Assembly (NCBI GenBank): GCA_944387895.1
Contig: CALXGQ010000021.1
Span: forward strand, 15,199 to 79,198
Direction: 5' to 3'
Origin: an uncultured Clostridia bacterium
Lineage (GTDB): Bacteria; Bacillota; Clostridia; Oscillospirales; QAKW01
DNA length: 64,000 nt
Positions 1-9,122 of the stretch are shown in pieces; position 1 is the stretch's first letter, and every line of letters starts with the position of its first letter. The notes under the pieces are model-generated. The model searched no databases and was not told where the DNA came from. It worked only from the letters and a program-made list of their open reading frames with translations. The position numbers and the translations under genes are program-made.

Positions 1-139
1 TTATCGGCATAACACAGTTTTCATAAATATCCGCGCCCTGCTCCATGCCGCAGTCGACCAGGATCCGCTGCCCCGCCGCCTCCAGCAGCGTGCAGGAGCC
101 TGTTACCTCATGGGCGGCGCCCAAAAAACTAAGCTTCAT
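1..139 (-). CDS. MBL-fold (beta-CASP/RNase J-like) metallo-hydrolase, N-terminal 46 codons only; the gene runs off the window
   Basis: The reverse complement reads MKLSFLGAAHEVTGSCTLLEAAGQRILVDCGMEQGADIYENCVMPI, a typical N-terminus of MBL-fold beta-CASP hydrolases. The ATG is at 139-137, 20 nt after the glpP stop. Confidence 0.5.
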   Translation of the reverse strand, partial: MKLSFLGAAHEVTGSCTLLEAAGQRILVDCGMEQGADIYENCVMPI

Positions 140-159
140 CCTTTTTTCTCTCCTTCCGG

Positions 160-723
160 CTAATCAATGAACCAAACTCCGCTGTTGGTGGAGGAAATCG
201 CCACCGCCCCTGCGGAAAGGGCGGCCATCACGTCTTCTTTATCCCGGATCATCCCGCTGGCGATGATGGGTTTTCCGGTTGTTTTGGCCAGATGACGGAT
301 GATCTTCGGCATCACCCCCGGCAAAACCTCCACAAAATCCGCCGGGGACGTTGTTTTTGAGATATTTTCCAAAACGCGGGAATCCAGCAGAAAATAACGC
401 TGAATGGTGAGAAGCCCTTTCTGATGGGCATATCGTATCAGAGAGGTTTTGGTGGAAATGATCCCGTCGGCCTTCGTTTGTTCCGCCAGAAAATCCACGC
501 TGACGTCCTTCGGCGCCAGCCCGTCGATCAGATCCAGATGAACAATGGCGGCCTTATGGGCGGCCTTAACCTGCTCCACCAGCGATCCTACCGTGCAGAT
601 ATTGCCAAACAGCAAAAAAATCACCCGGCTTTCACTTTCCAGGCACCGCTGCAGCTCCCCTTCACTTTTTGCCGCCGCGACAACAGGTTTTTCCTCAAAC
701 CAGTCCAGCAGCTGCTTTTTCAT
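160..723 (-). CDS. glpP: Glycerol-3-phosphate-responsive antiterminator GlpP
   Basis: 187-aa ORF with a GlpP-like pattern along its whole length (VIFLLFGNI, HLDLIDGL, DGIISTK, IQRYFLLDS, LPGVMPK, ASGMI). The start overlaps the upstream stop (ATGA at 720-723). Confidence 0.75.
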   Translation of the reverse strand: MKKQLLDWFEEKPVVAAAKSEGELQRCLESESRVIFLLFGNICTVGSLVEQVKAAHKAAIVHLDLIDGLAPKDVSVDFLAEQTKADGIISTKTSLIRYAHQKGLLTIQRYFLLDSRVLENISKTTSPADFVEVLPGVMPKIIRHLAKTTGKPIIASGMIRDKEDVMAALSAGAVAISSTNSGVWFID

Positions 724-2243
724 GCCCCATCACGTCCCCTTTGCATTGTTGCATTTATCTTCTTTCTTTTTATTATAGAATCTTTTTCCGGAAGTGTCAA
801 CCAACAAAGCAGCAGATAAAGCCCGCACCAGACCGGGATCCCCACCAGCATTTCCGTCACCCGCGCCCGCAGAGGCAAAAGCGCCCAGACCGCCGTTGCC
901 AGCCCGCAGGCCGCCAGCGGGCAAAGCAGCCAGTCCTTCCATCGGAAGCTAAGCCGGCAGGCGCGCAGCAGCGTCCCCATATTCAGGGAGGCGACCAGAA
1001 TATTGCTGAATACCATCACGCCCAGAAACCCATAAATCCCGAAGGCGGGCACCGCTACTGCGATCAGCAGGATCCGCAGGATGGAATCAATGGTGTTGTT
1101 CCGCAGGGCCTTGCTTTGCTGATTCAGCCCTTTTAAAAGTCCGTCCGCAATGGTGTCCATATACATAAAGGGCGTAATGGGCGCCAGAACCCGCAGCATC
1201 ATGCTGACCGTATCGCTGCGGAACAGCACCTGACCCAGCAGGCCGCCGTAGATGAAAAAGATCCCGCCGATCATAACCGCCAGCACGATGGTGATCCCCA
1301 GAGCCCGCGCCACGATGGCGCGGGTAGCCTTCCAGTCGGATCGGGCGGACGTATCCGTCACCTCCGGGACCAGAAGCGAAGACAGCGCGTTCAAAAACGA
1401 CGCCGGGAAAAAAAGCAGGGGGATCGCCATCCCCTTCAGCGCGCCAAACTGCGCCAGGCCGAGGGAGTAATCGCCGGTATGCCGGGCGATGGCCGTTGGA
1501 ATCAGCATGTTTTCCGTTGTATGAAGCGCCGTGGAAAGATAGCGGGAAGCCGCAACCGGCAGGGCGATCCGGCGGATACTGCCGCGCTCGCCCTTCTCCC
1601 TTTCGCCGGGCAGCGGCCTGCGCCGGGCAGCCAGCGCGAGAAACAGGCAGGAAACGCCCTCCGAAATCGTATTCGCCAGCACCACCACCCCCAGCAAAAG
1701 GGAAAAATCCGCCTGCCGGAATCCGCCGACGACCATGCCGACCACCGCCAGCCGCACCGCCTGCTCCAGAAGCTGCGCCAGACAATTGGGGCGCACCTCC
1801 CGCCGCCCGACAAAATAGCCCGCAAAACAGCCGGAAACCGTCATAAAGGGCAACGAAAGCGCCAGCATCCGTAAAGCAAAGGCACATTCGGTCTTTCCGA
1901 TCCAGCGCCCGGCCAAAAAATCGCTCCCGCCATATAAAAGCAGGCAGGCGCCGACGCCCAGAACCGCCGACCAGAGCAGGCAGTCCCGCAGGGCGCCCCG
2001 GGCTTTCCCCGGCTGCTGCAAAGCCAGATGGCGGGCGACCAGCTGCGTGACCGCCGCCGCGATCCCGGACTGCGCCAGCGTGATAAAGAGATTATAGACC
2101 GTAAAAGTCAGGGAATAAAGACCCATCCCCTCTTCGCCCAGCAGGTTGGCCAGCAGCACCCGCAGCAGCAGACCGGCCGCCCGGAGCACCAGCCCCGTGG
2201 CAGTCAGCAAAACGGCATTTTTGAAGAAACTCCGACGATTCAT
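720..2243 (-). CDS. MOP-superfamily flippase-like polytopic membrane protein (SpoVB/MurJ type)
   Basis: 507-aa hydrophobic ORF. The N-terminus MNRRSFFKNAVLLTATGLVLRAAGLLLRV..GEEGMGLY is typical of SpoVB-like polysaccharide-biosynthesis proteins. Confidence 0.65.
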   Translation of the reverse strand: MNRRSFFKNAVLLTATGLVLRAAGLLLRVLLANLLGEEGMGLYSLTFTVYNLFITLAQSGIAAAVTQLVARHLALQQPGKARGALRDCLLWSAVLGVGACLLLYGGSDFLAGRWIGKTECAFALRMLALSLPFMTVSGCFAGYFVGRREVRPNCLAQLLEQAVRLAVVGMVVGGFRQADFSLLLGVVVLANTISEGVSCLFLALAARRRPLPGEREKGERGSIRRIALPVAASRYLSTALHTTENMLIPTAIARHTGDYSLGLAQFGALKGMAIPLLFFPASFLNALSSLLVPEVTDTSARSDWKATRAIVARALGITIVLAVMIGGIFFIYGGLLGQVLFRSDTVSMMLRVLAPITPFMYMDTIADGLLKGLNQQSKALRNNTIDSILRILLIAVAVPAFGIYGFLGVMVFSNILVASLNMGTLLRACRLSFRWKDWLLCPLAACGLATAVWALLPLRARVTEMLVGIPVWCGLYLLLCWLTLPEKDSIIKRKKINATMQRGRDGA

Positions 2244-2343
2244 TGCCTCACCCCGATTCTATTCACTTCCACTCTATGCCGGAATCGGCGAAAATATCCG
2301 GAAGCCCCGCCCCGCCTCCCGAAAAGATTTTCCAGCCTTGCCC

Positions 2344-2372
2344 TTGAAAAAAACCGGGAATTATGATAAGAT
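2344..2372 (+). promoter_or_regulatory. SigA-type promoter of metF (TTGAAA-17-TAAGAT)
   Basis: TTGAAA at 2344-2349, a 17-nt spacer and TAAGAT at 2367-2372, about 33 nt before the metF ATG. Confidence 0.45.
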
Positions 2373-2405
2373 ATTTATATTTTAATAGAGAAGTGAGTGT
2401 CTGCC

Positions 2406-3266
2406 ATGAAAATTTCTGAAATCATCCGCCGGGAAAAGCCCAGCCTTTCCTTTGAGGTTTTCCCGCCCAAAACCGGAGCCGCCTTCCAGGACGTTTCCGC
2501 AGCGGCAACCGCCATCGCCGATCTGCAGCCCAGCTATATCAGCGTGACCTACGGCGCCGGCGGCGGCACCTCCCGATATACCTTCGATCTTGCCGAAGCG
2601 CTGCTGAAAAAGGGAACGACGCCTCTGGTGCATCTCAGCTGCATCGCCGCTACGCCCCAGACCATCGCCGCCCAGCTTGCCACCCTGCGGGAGATGGGCG
2701 TGGAAAACATTCTGGCCCTGCGGGGCGACCTTCCGGAGGGAACAAAGGCCGACGCGCTTTCCTATCGCTACGCCAGCGATCTGACTGAGGAGATCCGAAA
2801 ATTCGGCGGATTCTGCATCGGCGGCGCCTGCTATCCGGAAACCCACCCCGAAAGCGCCTCCGGCGCGGCGGATATCGAAAGCCTGAAGATCAAGGTGGAA
2901 AAGGGCTGCGAATTTCTGACGACTCAGATGTTTTTCGACAACAATATTCTTTATAATTTTATCTACAGAATGTATAAAGCAGGCTTGGATATCCCCGTTG
3001 TAGCGGGGATCATGCCGGTAACCAACCCGGTTCAGATCAAGCGGATCTGCGCCATTTCCGGCACGTCGCTGCCTCAGCGGTTTATCCGGATCGTCGATCG
3101 CTACGGCGACAATCCCGCCGCCATGAAGCAGGCCGGAATCGCCTATGCCACCGAGCAGATCATCGATCTTTTCGCCAACGGCATCAACGCCGTTCACGTC
3201 TACTCGATGAACAAGCCGGACGTTGCAAAAGCGATCAAGGACAATCTATCGGAGATCCTGAAATGA
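2406..3266 (+). CDS. metF: 5,10-methylenetetrahydrofolate reductase
   Basis: The track ORF starts at GTG 2397. I prefer ATG 2406 (MKISEIIRREKPSLSFEVFPPKT), the canonical MetF N-terminus. The stop overlaps the next start (ATGA at 3263-3266). Confidence 0.9.
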   Translation: MKISEIIRREKPSLSFEVFPPKTGAAFQDVSAAATAIADLQPSYISVTYGAGGGTSRYTFDLAEALLKKGTTPLVHLSCIAATPQTIAAQLATLREMGVENILALRGDLPEGTKADALSYRYASDLTEEIRKFGGFCIGGACYPETHPESASGAADIESLKIKVEKGCEFLTTQMFFDNNILYNFIYRMYKAGLDIPVVAGIMPVTNPVQIKRICAISGTSLPQRFIRIVDRYGDNPAAMKQAGIAYATEQIIDLFANGINAVHVYSMNKPDVAKAIKDNLSEILK

Positions 3267-3859
3267 TTTCGGTGCAGGAAATACCGGCGGCAAAGCTGCA
3301 ACCGGAGCCCGGCGAGCTGGCCGCCCGGCTGCAGACCAAGCGGGACGTGACCGTCGCGGGCGTGCAGGAGGCGCAGGCAGCGCTGGAAAAAGCGATCTGC
3401 TGCCGGTTCTGCTGGATCAAGGCGCCCATTCTGAGGCCGGCGGAAAACACCCTGGACTTTGGATTCGGCGCCTTTTTCAGCAAAGACCTCACAAAGAATC
3501 TGGACGGATGCGCGGAAGCGTTTCTTTTTGCGGTCACCCTCGGGCTCGGCGTGGACCGGCTGCTGCTGCGGCTGGCGCAGGTTTCGCAGGCCCGGCATTT
3601 CATCACCGACGCGCTGGCCTCCGCGCTGGCGGAAGCGGCCTGCGATCAGGCGGAAGCCCGCATCAAAGGCGCCTTAAGCTGCAAGCCCCGATTCAGCCCG
3701 GGATACGGCGATCTTCCGCTGGAAATGCAGAAGCCGCTGCTCAATCGGCTGGAGGCCCGGCAGCGTTTGGGCATCACCCTCACCCAGAACCTCCTGATGG
3801 TGCCCACCAAATCCATAACAGCGATCATGGGGATTTATCATGAAAACAGACATTCGTAA
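3263..3859 (+). CDS. Stand-alone B12-dependent methionine synthase activation (AdoMet-binding) domain protein
   Basis: 198-aa ORF ending PRFSPGYGDLPLEMQKPLLNRLEARQRLGITLTQNLLMVPTKSITAIMGI, the conserved core of the MetH reactivation domain. It overlaps the metH start by 20 nt. Confidence 0.75.
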   Translation: MISVQEIPAAKLQPEPGELAARLQTKRDVTVAGVQEAQAALEKAICCRFCWIKAPILRPAENTLDFGFGAFFSKDLTKNLDGCAEAFLFAVTLGLGVDRLLLRLAQVSQARHFITDALASALAEAACDQAEARIKGALSCKPRFSPGYGDLPLEMQKPLLNRLEARQRLGITLTQNLLMVPTKSITAIMGIYHENRHS

Positions 3860-6209
3860 ACGCATCCAAACCGACCGTCTTTACTGCGACGGCGGAACCG
3901 GAACCCTTTTGCAGGCCATGGGACTGCCTGCCGGAACAGCTCCGGAGCTATGGAATCTGACCCATCCGGAAAAGATCACCGCGCTTCACGCCGCCTATCT
4001 GGACGCGGGCAGCAACATCATCAACACCAACACCTTCGGCGTAAACCGGGATAAATACGAAAATTATGAAGAGCTGATCCGAGCCGCATTTGCCTGCGCA
4101 AAAAAGGCCGCCGAAGGGCGGCGGGACGCTTATATCGCCTTTGACATCGGCCCCACCGGACGTTTGATGGAGCCGCTGGGCGACCTTGCCTTTGAGGAGG
4201 CGGTGGACATTTTTGCCGCCAATATGCGGCTGGCCGACGCCTGCGGCGCCGATCTGATCTTCATTGAAACGATGAACGACAGCTACGAAACCAAGGCGGC
4301 CGTGCTGGCGGCGAAGGAAAATACTGATCTGCCTGTTTTTGTCACCACCGTTTTCGACGGCAGCGGCAAGCTGATGACCGGCGCCGATCCGGCCGCCATG
4401 ATCGCCCTGCTGGAAGGGATGGGGGTCGATGCCATCGGCATGAACTGCTCCCTTGGCCCCGAGCAGATGCTGGGACTGGTGGAACAATTTGCGAAAAATA
4501 CCTCGCTGCCGATCATCGTGAACCCCAACGCCGGCCTGCCGGAGGTGATAAACGGCGAAACGGTCTTTACGGTGGAGCCGGAGGAATTTGCCCTCTGCAT
4601 GGAGGAGATCGCAAAGCGGGGCGGCTGTATTTTAGGCGGCTGCTGCGGCACCACGCCTGCCCATATCCGCCGGATGCGGGAAAAAACAGACCCCATTCCC
4701 TATGCTCCTCCTGCAAAAAAGAATAAAACCGTCGTTTCCTCCTATACCCATGCCGTTGCAATCAGCCGCGATCCCATCCTCATCGGCGAACGAATCAACC
4801 CCACCGGAAAGCCGCGGCTGAAAGAGGCGCTGCGCAGCGCCGATATGAGCTATCTCATCCATGAAGGCGTCCGGCAGGCCGATGCCGGCGTGCAGATTCT
4901 GGACGTCAACGTGGGTCTGCCGGAGATCGACGAGCGGGAAATGCTGCAAAAAGCCGTTGTGGAATTGCAGGCCGTTACCGATCTGCCGCTGCAGCTGGAT
5001 TCCTCCGACCCCGCCGCGCTGGCTGCCGCCATGCGGATCTACAACGGGAAACCGCTGATCAATTCCGTCAACGGCGAAGAGGAAAGCATGAACGCCGTCT
5101 TTCCGCTGGTGCAGAAATACGGCGGCACCCTGATCGCCCTGACCATGGATTCCGCCGGGATCCCCGCCACCGCCCCAGAGCGGCTGGAGATCGCAGAGCG
5201 GATCGCCCGCCGCGCTGCCGCGTTCGGGATCGAAAAAAAAGACCTTGTGGTGGATCCTCTGGCGCTGACCGTATCGGCGGATCAAAACAGCGCCCTGGTC
5301 ACGCTGGAATCCATCCGCCTGCTGCGGGAAAACGGTTTTTACACCAGTTTGGGCGTTTCCAACATCTCCTTCGGGCTCCCGGCGCGGGATAAAATCAATT
5401 CCACCTTTTTCTCCTGCGCCATGGAAAACGGCCTCAACTGCGCCATTATGAACCCCTTTTCAGCCGGAATGATGGACGCCTGGTTCGCCTACCGCGCCCT
5501 GCACGGGCTGGATCCCGCCTGCTCTGCCTATATCAATTATGCCGATCAGAACCACGCCCCCTCAGAGAAACCGGCGGATCCTCCATCCCTTACCCTGCAT
5601 TTTGCCGTAGTCAAGGGTATGAAGGAAGAAGCGGCGGCAGCGGCGGCAGCGGCGCTGAAAAGCGCCGCGCCTCTGGATGTGATCAACGGCGAGATCATCC
5701 CCGCCCTCAACGAGATCGGCGAGGCCTTTGAGCAGAAAAAAGCCTATCTGCCCCAGCTTCTGATGAGCGCTGAGGCGGCAGGCGCCGCCTTCGACGTCAT
5801 CAAGGCCGCCATGCCCGCCGCCGCAGAAACCGGGCGAACGGTGGTATTGGCCACGGTGCAGGGCGATATCCACGACATCGGAAAAAACATCGTTCGGGTT
5901 CTTTTGGAGAGCTACGGCTTCAAGGTTTACGATCTGGGGCGGGACGTTGCGCCGGAGCGGGTGGTGGACTGCGCTCTGCGCCGGGGCTGCAAGCTGGTAG
6001 GGCTCAGCGCGCTGATGACCACAACCGTTCCTGCCATGGCGGAAACCATCCGCCTGCTGCACAGCGCGGATCCCGGCATCCGGGTTCTGGTAGGGGGCGC
6101 CGTTCTCACGCCCGACTATGCCGAAACCATCCATGCGGATTACTACGCCAAAGACGCCATGGATTCCGTTCGGATCGCCGAACAGTTTTACCGGGAACAG
6201 CCGGAATAA
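3840..6209 (+). CDS. metH: Methionine synthase (homocysteine methyltransferase + pterin-binding + B12-binding domains; no activation domain)
   Basis: 789 aa. It has a Hcy S-methyltransferase domain (GGCCGTTPAHI), a pterin-binding region and a B12 Rossmann domain with DxHxxG (GDIHDIGKNIV). It ends directly after the B12 domain. Confidence 0.9.
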   Translation: MKTDIRKRIQTDRLYCDGGTGTLLQAMGLPAGTAPELWNLTHPEKITALHAAYLDAGSNIINTNTFGVNRDKYENYEELIRAAFACAKKAAEGRRDAYIAFDIGPTGRLMEPLGDLAFEEAVDIFAANMRLADACGADLIFIETMNDSYETKAAVLAAKENTDLPVFVTTVFDGSGKLMTGADPAAMIALLEGMGVDAIGMNCSLGPEQMLGLVEQFAKNTSLPIIVNPNAGLPEVINGETVFTVEPEEFALCMEEIAKRGGCILGGCCGTTPAHIRRMREKTDPIPYAPPAKKNKTVVSSYTHAVAISRDPILIGERINPTGKPRLKEALRSADMSYLIHEGVRQADAGVQILDVNVGLPEIDEREMLQKAVVELQAVTDLPLQLDSSDPAALAAAMRIYNGKPLINSVNGEEESMNAVFPLVQKYGGTLIALTMDSAGIPATAPERLEIAERIARRAAAFGIEKKDLVVDPLALTVSADQNSALVTLESIRLLRENGFYTSLGVSNISFGLPARDKINSTFFSCAMENGLNCAIMNPFSAGMMDAWFAYRALHGLDPACSAYINYADQNHAPSEKPADPPSLTLHFAVVKGMKEEAAAAAAAALKSAAPLDVINGEIIPALNEIGEAFEQKKAYLPQLLMSAEAAGAAFDVIKAAMPAAAETGRTVVLATVQGDIHDIGKNIVRVLLESYGFKVYDLGRDVAPERVVDCALRRGCKLVGLSALMTTTVPAMAETIRLLHSADPGIRVLVGGAVLTPDYAETIHADYYAKDAMDSVRIAEQFYREQPE

Positions 6210-6236
6210 CCCCCTCTTTCCGATCTGTAAAAAGTC

Positions 6237-6268
6237 AGCGGAGCTGCGCCTACCGGCGCAGCTCCGCT
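6237..6268. terminator. Hairpin between convergent metH and the lipase gene
   Basis: Perfect 14-bp stem AGCGGAGCTGCGCC/GGCGCAGCTCCGCT with a 4-nt loop. A T-run follows on the minus strand (GACTTTTTAC). The lipase stop codon lies in the loop. Confidence 0.55.
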
Positions 6269-6879
6269 TCATATTCCTGCAATTCCTTTAAAATATTCTC
6301 CGGACGGTGGGCGTCCACGCCTTCATAGCGCCCCCGGACGCCGATCTCCAGCATCCGGCCGACATGGGTATAGCCCAGCAGGCAGGGCGGCAGGCTGGTA
6401 ACAGGATCCCCCAGATTCCGCACGACGGTGAACCGCGCCCAGCGCCGCTTTACCTTCGGTGGCAGAATCCCCCATACCACCCGGGGGCAGCCGAACCCAT
6501 AGCCGGCCATCCGCGGGCGGAGGTCCGGCCGGTAATACCACGCATATTCATGGCAGAGCACCGCCAGCGCCGCGCCATGGGAATAGCCCGCGATCACCAG
6601 CTTCCGCACGCAGGGATCCCGCAGCTCCGGCGCCACCTGCTCCTCTGCGGACTTCCACACCCGCAGAAAGCCGCGATGGGCATACCACAGCGCGTCGTTC
6701 TCTCTTTGATACGGCTTTGCCGGAAAATCCAGATTATTGCGCCAATCCGTTGTGCCCCGGGACTGCTCAAAATACAGATAAAGCGCCGATCCAAGCCGCT
6801 CTGCGGCAAAGCTGGCTCCGTTCTCCACCGTTATATACGGCATACTGATACACTTCTTGAAAAGCTCGCTCCATCTCAT
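6250..6879 (-). CDS. Class-3 lipase-like alpha/beta hydrolase
   Basis: Nucleophile elbow GYSHG (GxSxG) in a lipase_3-like context (WYAHRGFLRVW..VIAGYSHGAALAV). The start is moved to ATG 6879 (AGGA 8 nt upstream). The 76 upstream codons of the track ORF look non-coding. Confidence 0.6.
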   Translation of the reverse strand: MRWSELFKKCISMPYITVENGASFAAERLGSALYLYFEQSRGTTDWRNNLDFPAKPYQRENDALWYAHRGFLRVWKSAEEQVAPELRDPCVRKLVIAGYSHGAALAVLCHEYAWYYRPDLRPRMAGYGFGCPRVVWGILPPKVKRRWARFTVVRNLGDPVTSLPPCLLGYTHVGRMLEIGVRGRYEGVDAHRPENILKELQEYEAELRR

Positions 6880-6945
6880 GCTTAATCCTATGCGAAATCT
6901 TTTTAAAGAAAACCAAATTCGCCAAAAAAAGGCGGCCGGGTTCCC

Positions 6946-6990
6946 CAAAAAAAGAAAAAGCAGGCCAAAAGCGCAAAACGCCCGCCTGCT
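6946..6990 (-). terminator. Intrinsic terminator after the Nif11-like gene
   Basis: On the minus strand, AAGCAGGC..(18-nt loop)..GCCTGCTT is followed by TTTTCTTTTTTT. Confidence 0.5.
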
Positions 6991-7022
6991 TCCCTCCCGG
7001 CGCGGAAAGACCCCCGCCGGCG

Positions 7023-7298
7023 CTATTTGATCGATTCCAGAAAATTTTCGTAGGTATCGTCGAAATACGCATAGGGGGAGGGATTTCCGCCGTTGGTGCT
7101 TTTGCACTGATTATCGGAATATTCCTGCCCGGCGGAAAACAGCTCCCCCGCCGTCAGATCAACGCCCGCCTCCTGCGCCAGCGCGCAGAATGCAAGCAGC
7201 GGCTCCTTTGCCTGCCGGGTTTCCAGCAGCTTTTGCCGCAGCCCCTGATCTGCCCGGGAAAGCTCTGTCAATCGATCCAGTTTCTGAAATGTCGTCAT
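7023..7298 (-). CDS. Nif11-like small protein (91 aa)
   Basis: ATG 7298 lies after GGGAGGGAAACC. The N-terminal helical pattern MTTFQKLDRLTELSRADQGLRQKLLETRQAKEPLLAFCALAQEAGVDLTAGEL resembles the Nif11 domain. The C-terminus is ..CKSTNGG then NPSPYAYFDDTYENFLESIK. Confidence 0.55.
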   Translation of the reverse strand: MTTFQKLDRLTELSRADQGLRQKLLETRQAKEPLLAFCALAQEAGVDLTAGELFSAGQEYSDNQCKSTNGGNPSPYAYFDDTYENFLESIK

Positions 7299-7322
7299 GG
7301 TTTCCCTCCCTTTTCCGCCTTT

Positions 7323-7355
7323 GAAAATGCGGCACAGCCAGAGGCTGTGCCGCAT
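7323..7355 (-). terminator. Intercistronic stem-loop/attenuating terminator between the GGGtGRT and Nif11-like genes
   Basis: On the minus strand, a perfect 13-bp stem ATGCGGCACAGCC-TCT-GGCTGTGCCGCAT is followed by TTTTC. Confidence 0.55.
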
Positions 7356-7367
7356 AGCAGCAATGGA

Positions 7368-8366
7368 TTATTTCAGCGCTTCGCTGACCGCGACGGCTAC
7401 CGCCACCGTCATGCCAACCATCGGGTTGTTGCCCGCGCCGATCAGACCCATCATTTCCACATGGGCCGGAACGGAAGAAGATCCGGCAAACTGCGCATCG
7501 CCGTGCATACGGCCCATCGTATCGGTCATACCATAGGAAGCAGGACCGGCGGCCATATTGTCCGGATGCAGGGTACGACCCGTACCGCCGCCGGAAGCCA
7601 CGGAGAAATACTTCTTGCCGTTTTCCCAGCACCACTTCTTATAGGTTCCGGCAACCGGATGCTGGAACCGGGTGGGGTTGGTGGAGTTCCCGGTGATGGA
7701 AACGTCCACATGCTCATGCTTCATGATCGCCACGCCTTCCGAAACGTCGTTGGCGCCGTAGCAGCGAACCTTGGCCTTATCCCCGTTGGAATAGGCGGTG
7801 GTATTGACAATCTTCAGCTCGTTGGTATAAAAATCGTAATCCGTTTCCACATAGGTAAAGCCGTTGATTCTTGAAATAATATAAGCGGCGTCCTTGCCCA
7901 GGCCGTTCAGAATGACCTGCAGCGGCTCCTTGCGCACCTTATTGGCAGTACGCGCAATGCCGATGGCGCCTTCCGCCGCGGCAAAGGACTCATGCCCGGC
8001 CAGGAAGCAGAAGCACTTGGTGTCCTCCTCCAGCAGCATCGCGGCCAGATTGCCGTGACCCAGACCTACGTTTCTGGTCTCCGCCACAGAGCCGGGGATA
8101 CAGAAGGCCTGAAGGCCAACGCCGATATCCCGGGCGGCATCGGAAGCGTTTTTGCAATTGTTCTTCAGCGCGATCGCGCAGCCCAGCGTATACGCCCAGC
8201 TGGCATTCTCAAAAGCGATCGGCTGCACGCCCTTCACGATCGAGGCAACATCAATGCCCTTGGACAGGCAATACTCGTTCGCTTCGTCCAGCGTAGCGAA
8301 TCCGTACTGATCCAGCACCGGCTGAATCTTGCCGATTCTTCTTTCGTAACTCTCAAAAGTAGCCAT
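7368..8366 (-). CDS. GGGtGRT family protein (function unknown)
   Basis: 332-aa ORF with the eponymous motif SGGGTGRT encoded at 7572-7592. Its length matches the described family (about 312-332 aa). Confidence 0.85.
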   Translation of the reverse strand: MATFESYERRIGKIQPVLDQYGFATLDEANEYCLSKGIDVASIVKGVQPIAFENASWAYTLGCAIALKNNCKNASDAARDIGVGLQAFCIPGSVAETRNVGLGHGNLAAMLLEEDTKCFCFLAGHESFAAAEGAIGIARTANKVRKEPLQVILNGLGKDAAYIISRINGFTYVETDYDFYTNELKIVNTTAYSNGDKAKVRCYGANDVSEGVAIMKHEHVDVSITGNSTNPTRFQHPVAGTYKKWCWENGKKYFSVASGGGTGRTLHPDNMAAGPASYGMTDTMGRMHGDAQFAGSSSVPAHVEMMGLIGAGNNPMVGMTVAVAVAVSEALK

Positions 8367-8382
8367 TGTTGTTCCCCCTTCC

Positions 8383-9075
8383 TTATTCTGCTCTCGGATC
8401 GATGTATTTTACAGCTTCATCGAACCGGCCGTAAGTACCGATATTTTTTTCAAAGGCGTCCTTGGGATCCGCGCCCTTGCGGATCATATCCATCATTTTG
8501 CCCAGATTGACAAACTGATAGCCGATGCACTCACTGTTGGCGTCCAGCGCGACCTTCAGGATATAGCCCTCCGCCATCTCCATATAGCGCACGCCCTTCA
8601 GCTTGGTGGCAAACATCGTGCCGACCTGGGAACGAAGCCCCTTGCCCAGATCCTCCAGAGAGGCGCCGATCGGCAGACCGTTCTCGGAAAAGGCGGTCTG
8701 GGTGCGGCCGTATGCCAGCTGCTTGAAGATCTCCCGCATCGCCACGTTGATGGCGTCGCAGACCAGATCGGTATTCAACGCTTCCAGCAGCGTTTTCCCC
8801 TGCAGAATCTCCGCTGCCATAGCGGCGGAATGGGTCATGCCGGAGCAGCCCAGCGTTTCTACCAGCGCTTCTTCGATAATGCCTTCCTTAACATTCAGAG
8901 TCAGCTTGCAGCAGCCCTGCTGGGGCGCGCACCAGCCGATCCCGTGGGAAAGACCGCTGATATCGCTGATCTGAGTAGCCTTCACCCATTTCCCTTCTTC
9001 GGGAATGGGGGCGGGGCCGTGATGGGGGCCCTTGGCTACTACGCACATACTTTCAACTTCATGTGAGTAGTTCAT
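8383..9075 (-). CDS. NifU/IscU-like Fe-S scaffold domain protein with a C-terminal extension
   Basis: 230 aa. It has an IscU-like Cys pattern (GWCAPQQGCCKL; LGCSGMTHSAAMAAEILQGK) followed by about 100 extra residues. It lies 16 nt upstream of the GGGtGRT gene. Confidence 0.65.
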   Translation of the reverse strand: MNYSHEVESMCVVAKGPHHGPAPIPEEGKWVKATQISDISGLSHGIGWCAPQQGCCKLTLNVKEGIIEEALVETLGCSGMTHSAAMAAEILQGKTLLEALNTDLVCDAINVAMREIFKQLAYGRTQTAFSENGLPIGASLEDLGKGLRSQVGTMFATKLKGVRYMEMAEGYILKVALDANSECIGYQFVNLGKMMDMIRKGADPKDAFEKNIGTYGRFDEAVKYIDPRAE

Positions 9076-9122
9076 GCTTTTATCTCCTTCTCAAAAATTG
9101 TGTTCTTTACACATACATATTT

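Noticed and set aside
2244-2405. Looked for an S-box/SAM riboswitch or T-box upstream of metF
   Set aside because: Only about 33 nt separate the best promoter from the ATG. No conserved riboswitch core or terminator/antiterminator pair is visible.
6880-7107. 5' extensions of track ORFs (lipase 6880-7107; also aconitase 17881-18090, rnfC 54631-54711, rnfG 52383-52490, topB 56934-56996, TetR 10672-10998)
   Set aside because: The extensions lack RBSs, overlap promoters, terminators or neighbouring genes, and have atypical R/C/W-rich composition. Internal starts with good SD sequences give family-typical N-termini.
9099-9113. Inverted repeat TGTGT-N5-ACACA in the leader of the NifU-like operon, considered as a Rex or CRP/FNR site
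   Set aside because: The half-site spacing does not fit the CRP/FNR (TGTGA-N6-TCACA) or Rex (TTGTGAA-N4-TTCACAA) consensus as I recall them. It may still be an operator for an unknown regulator but cannot be assigned.
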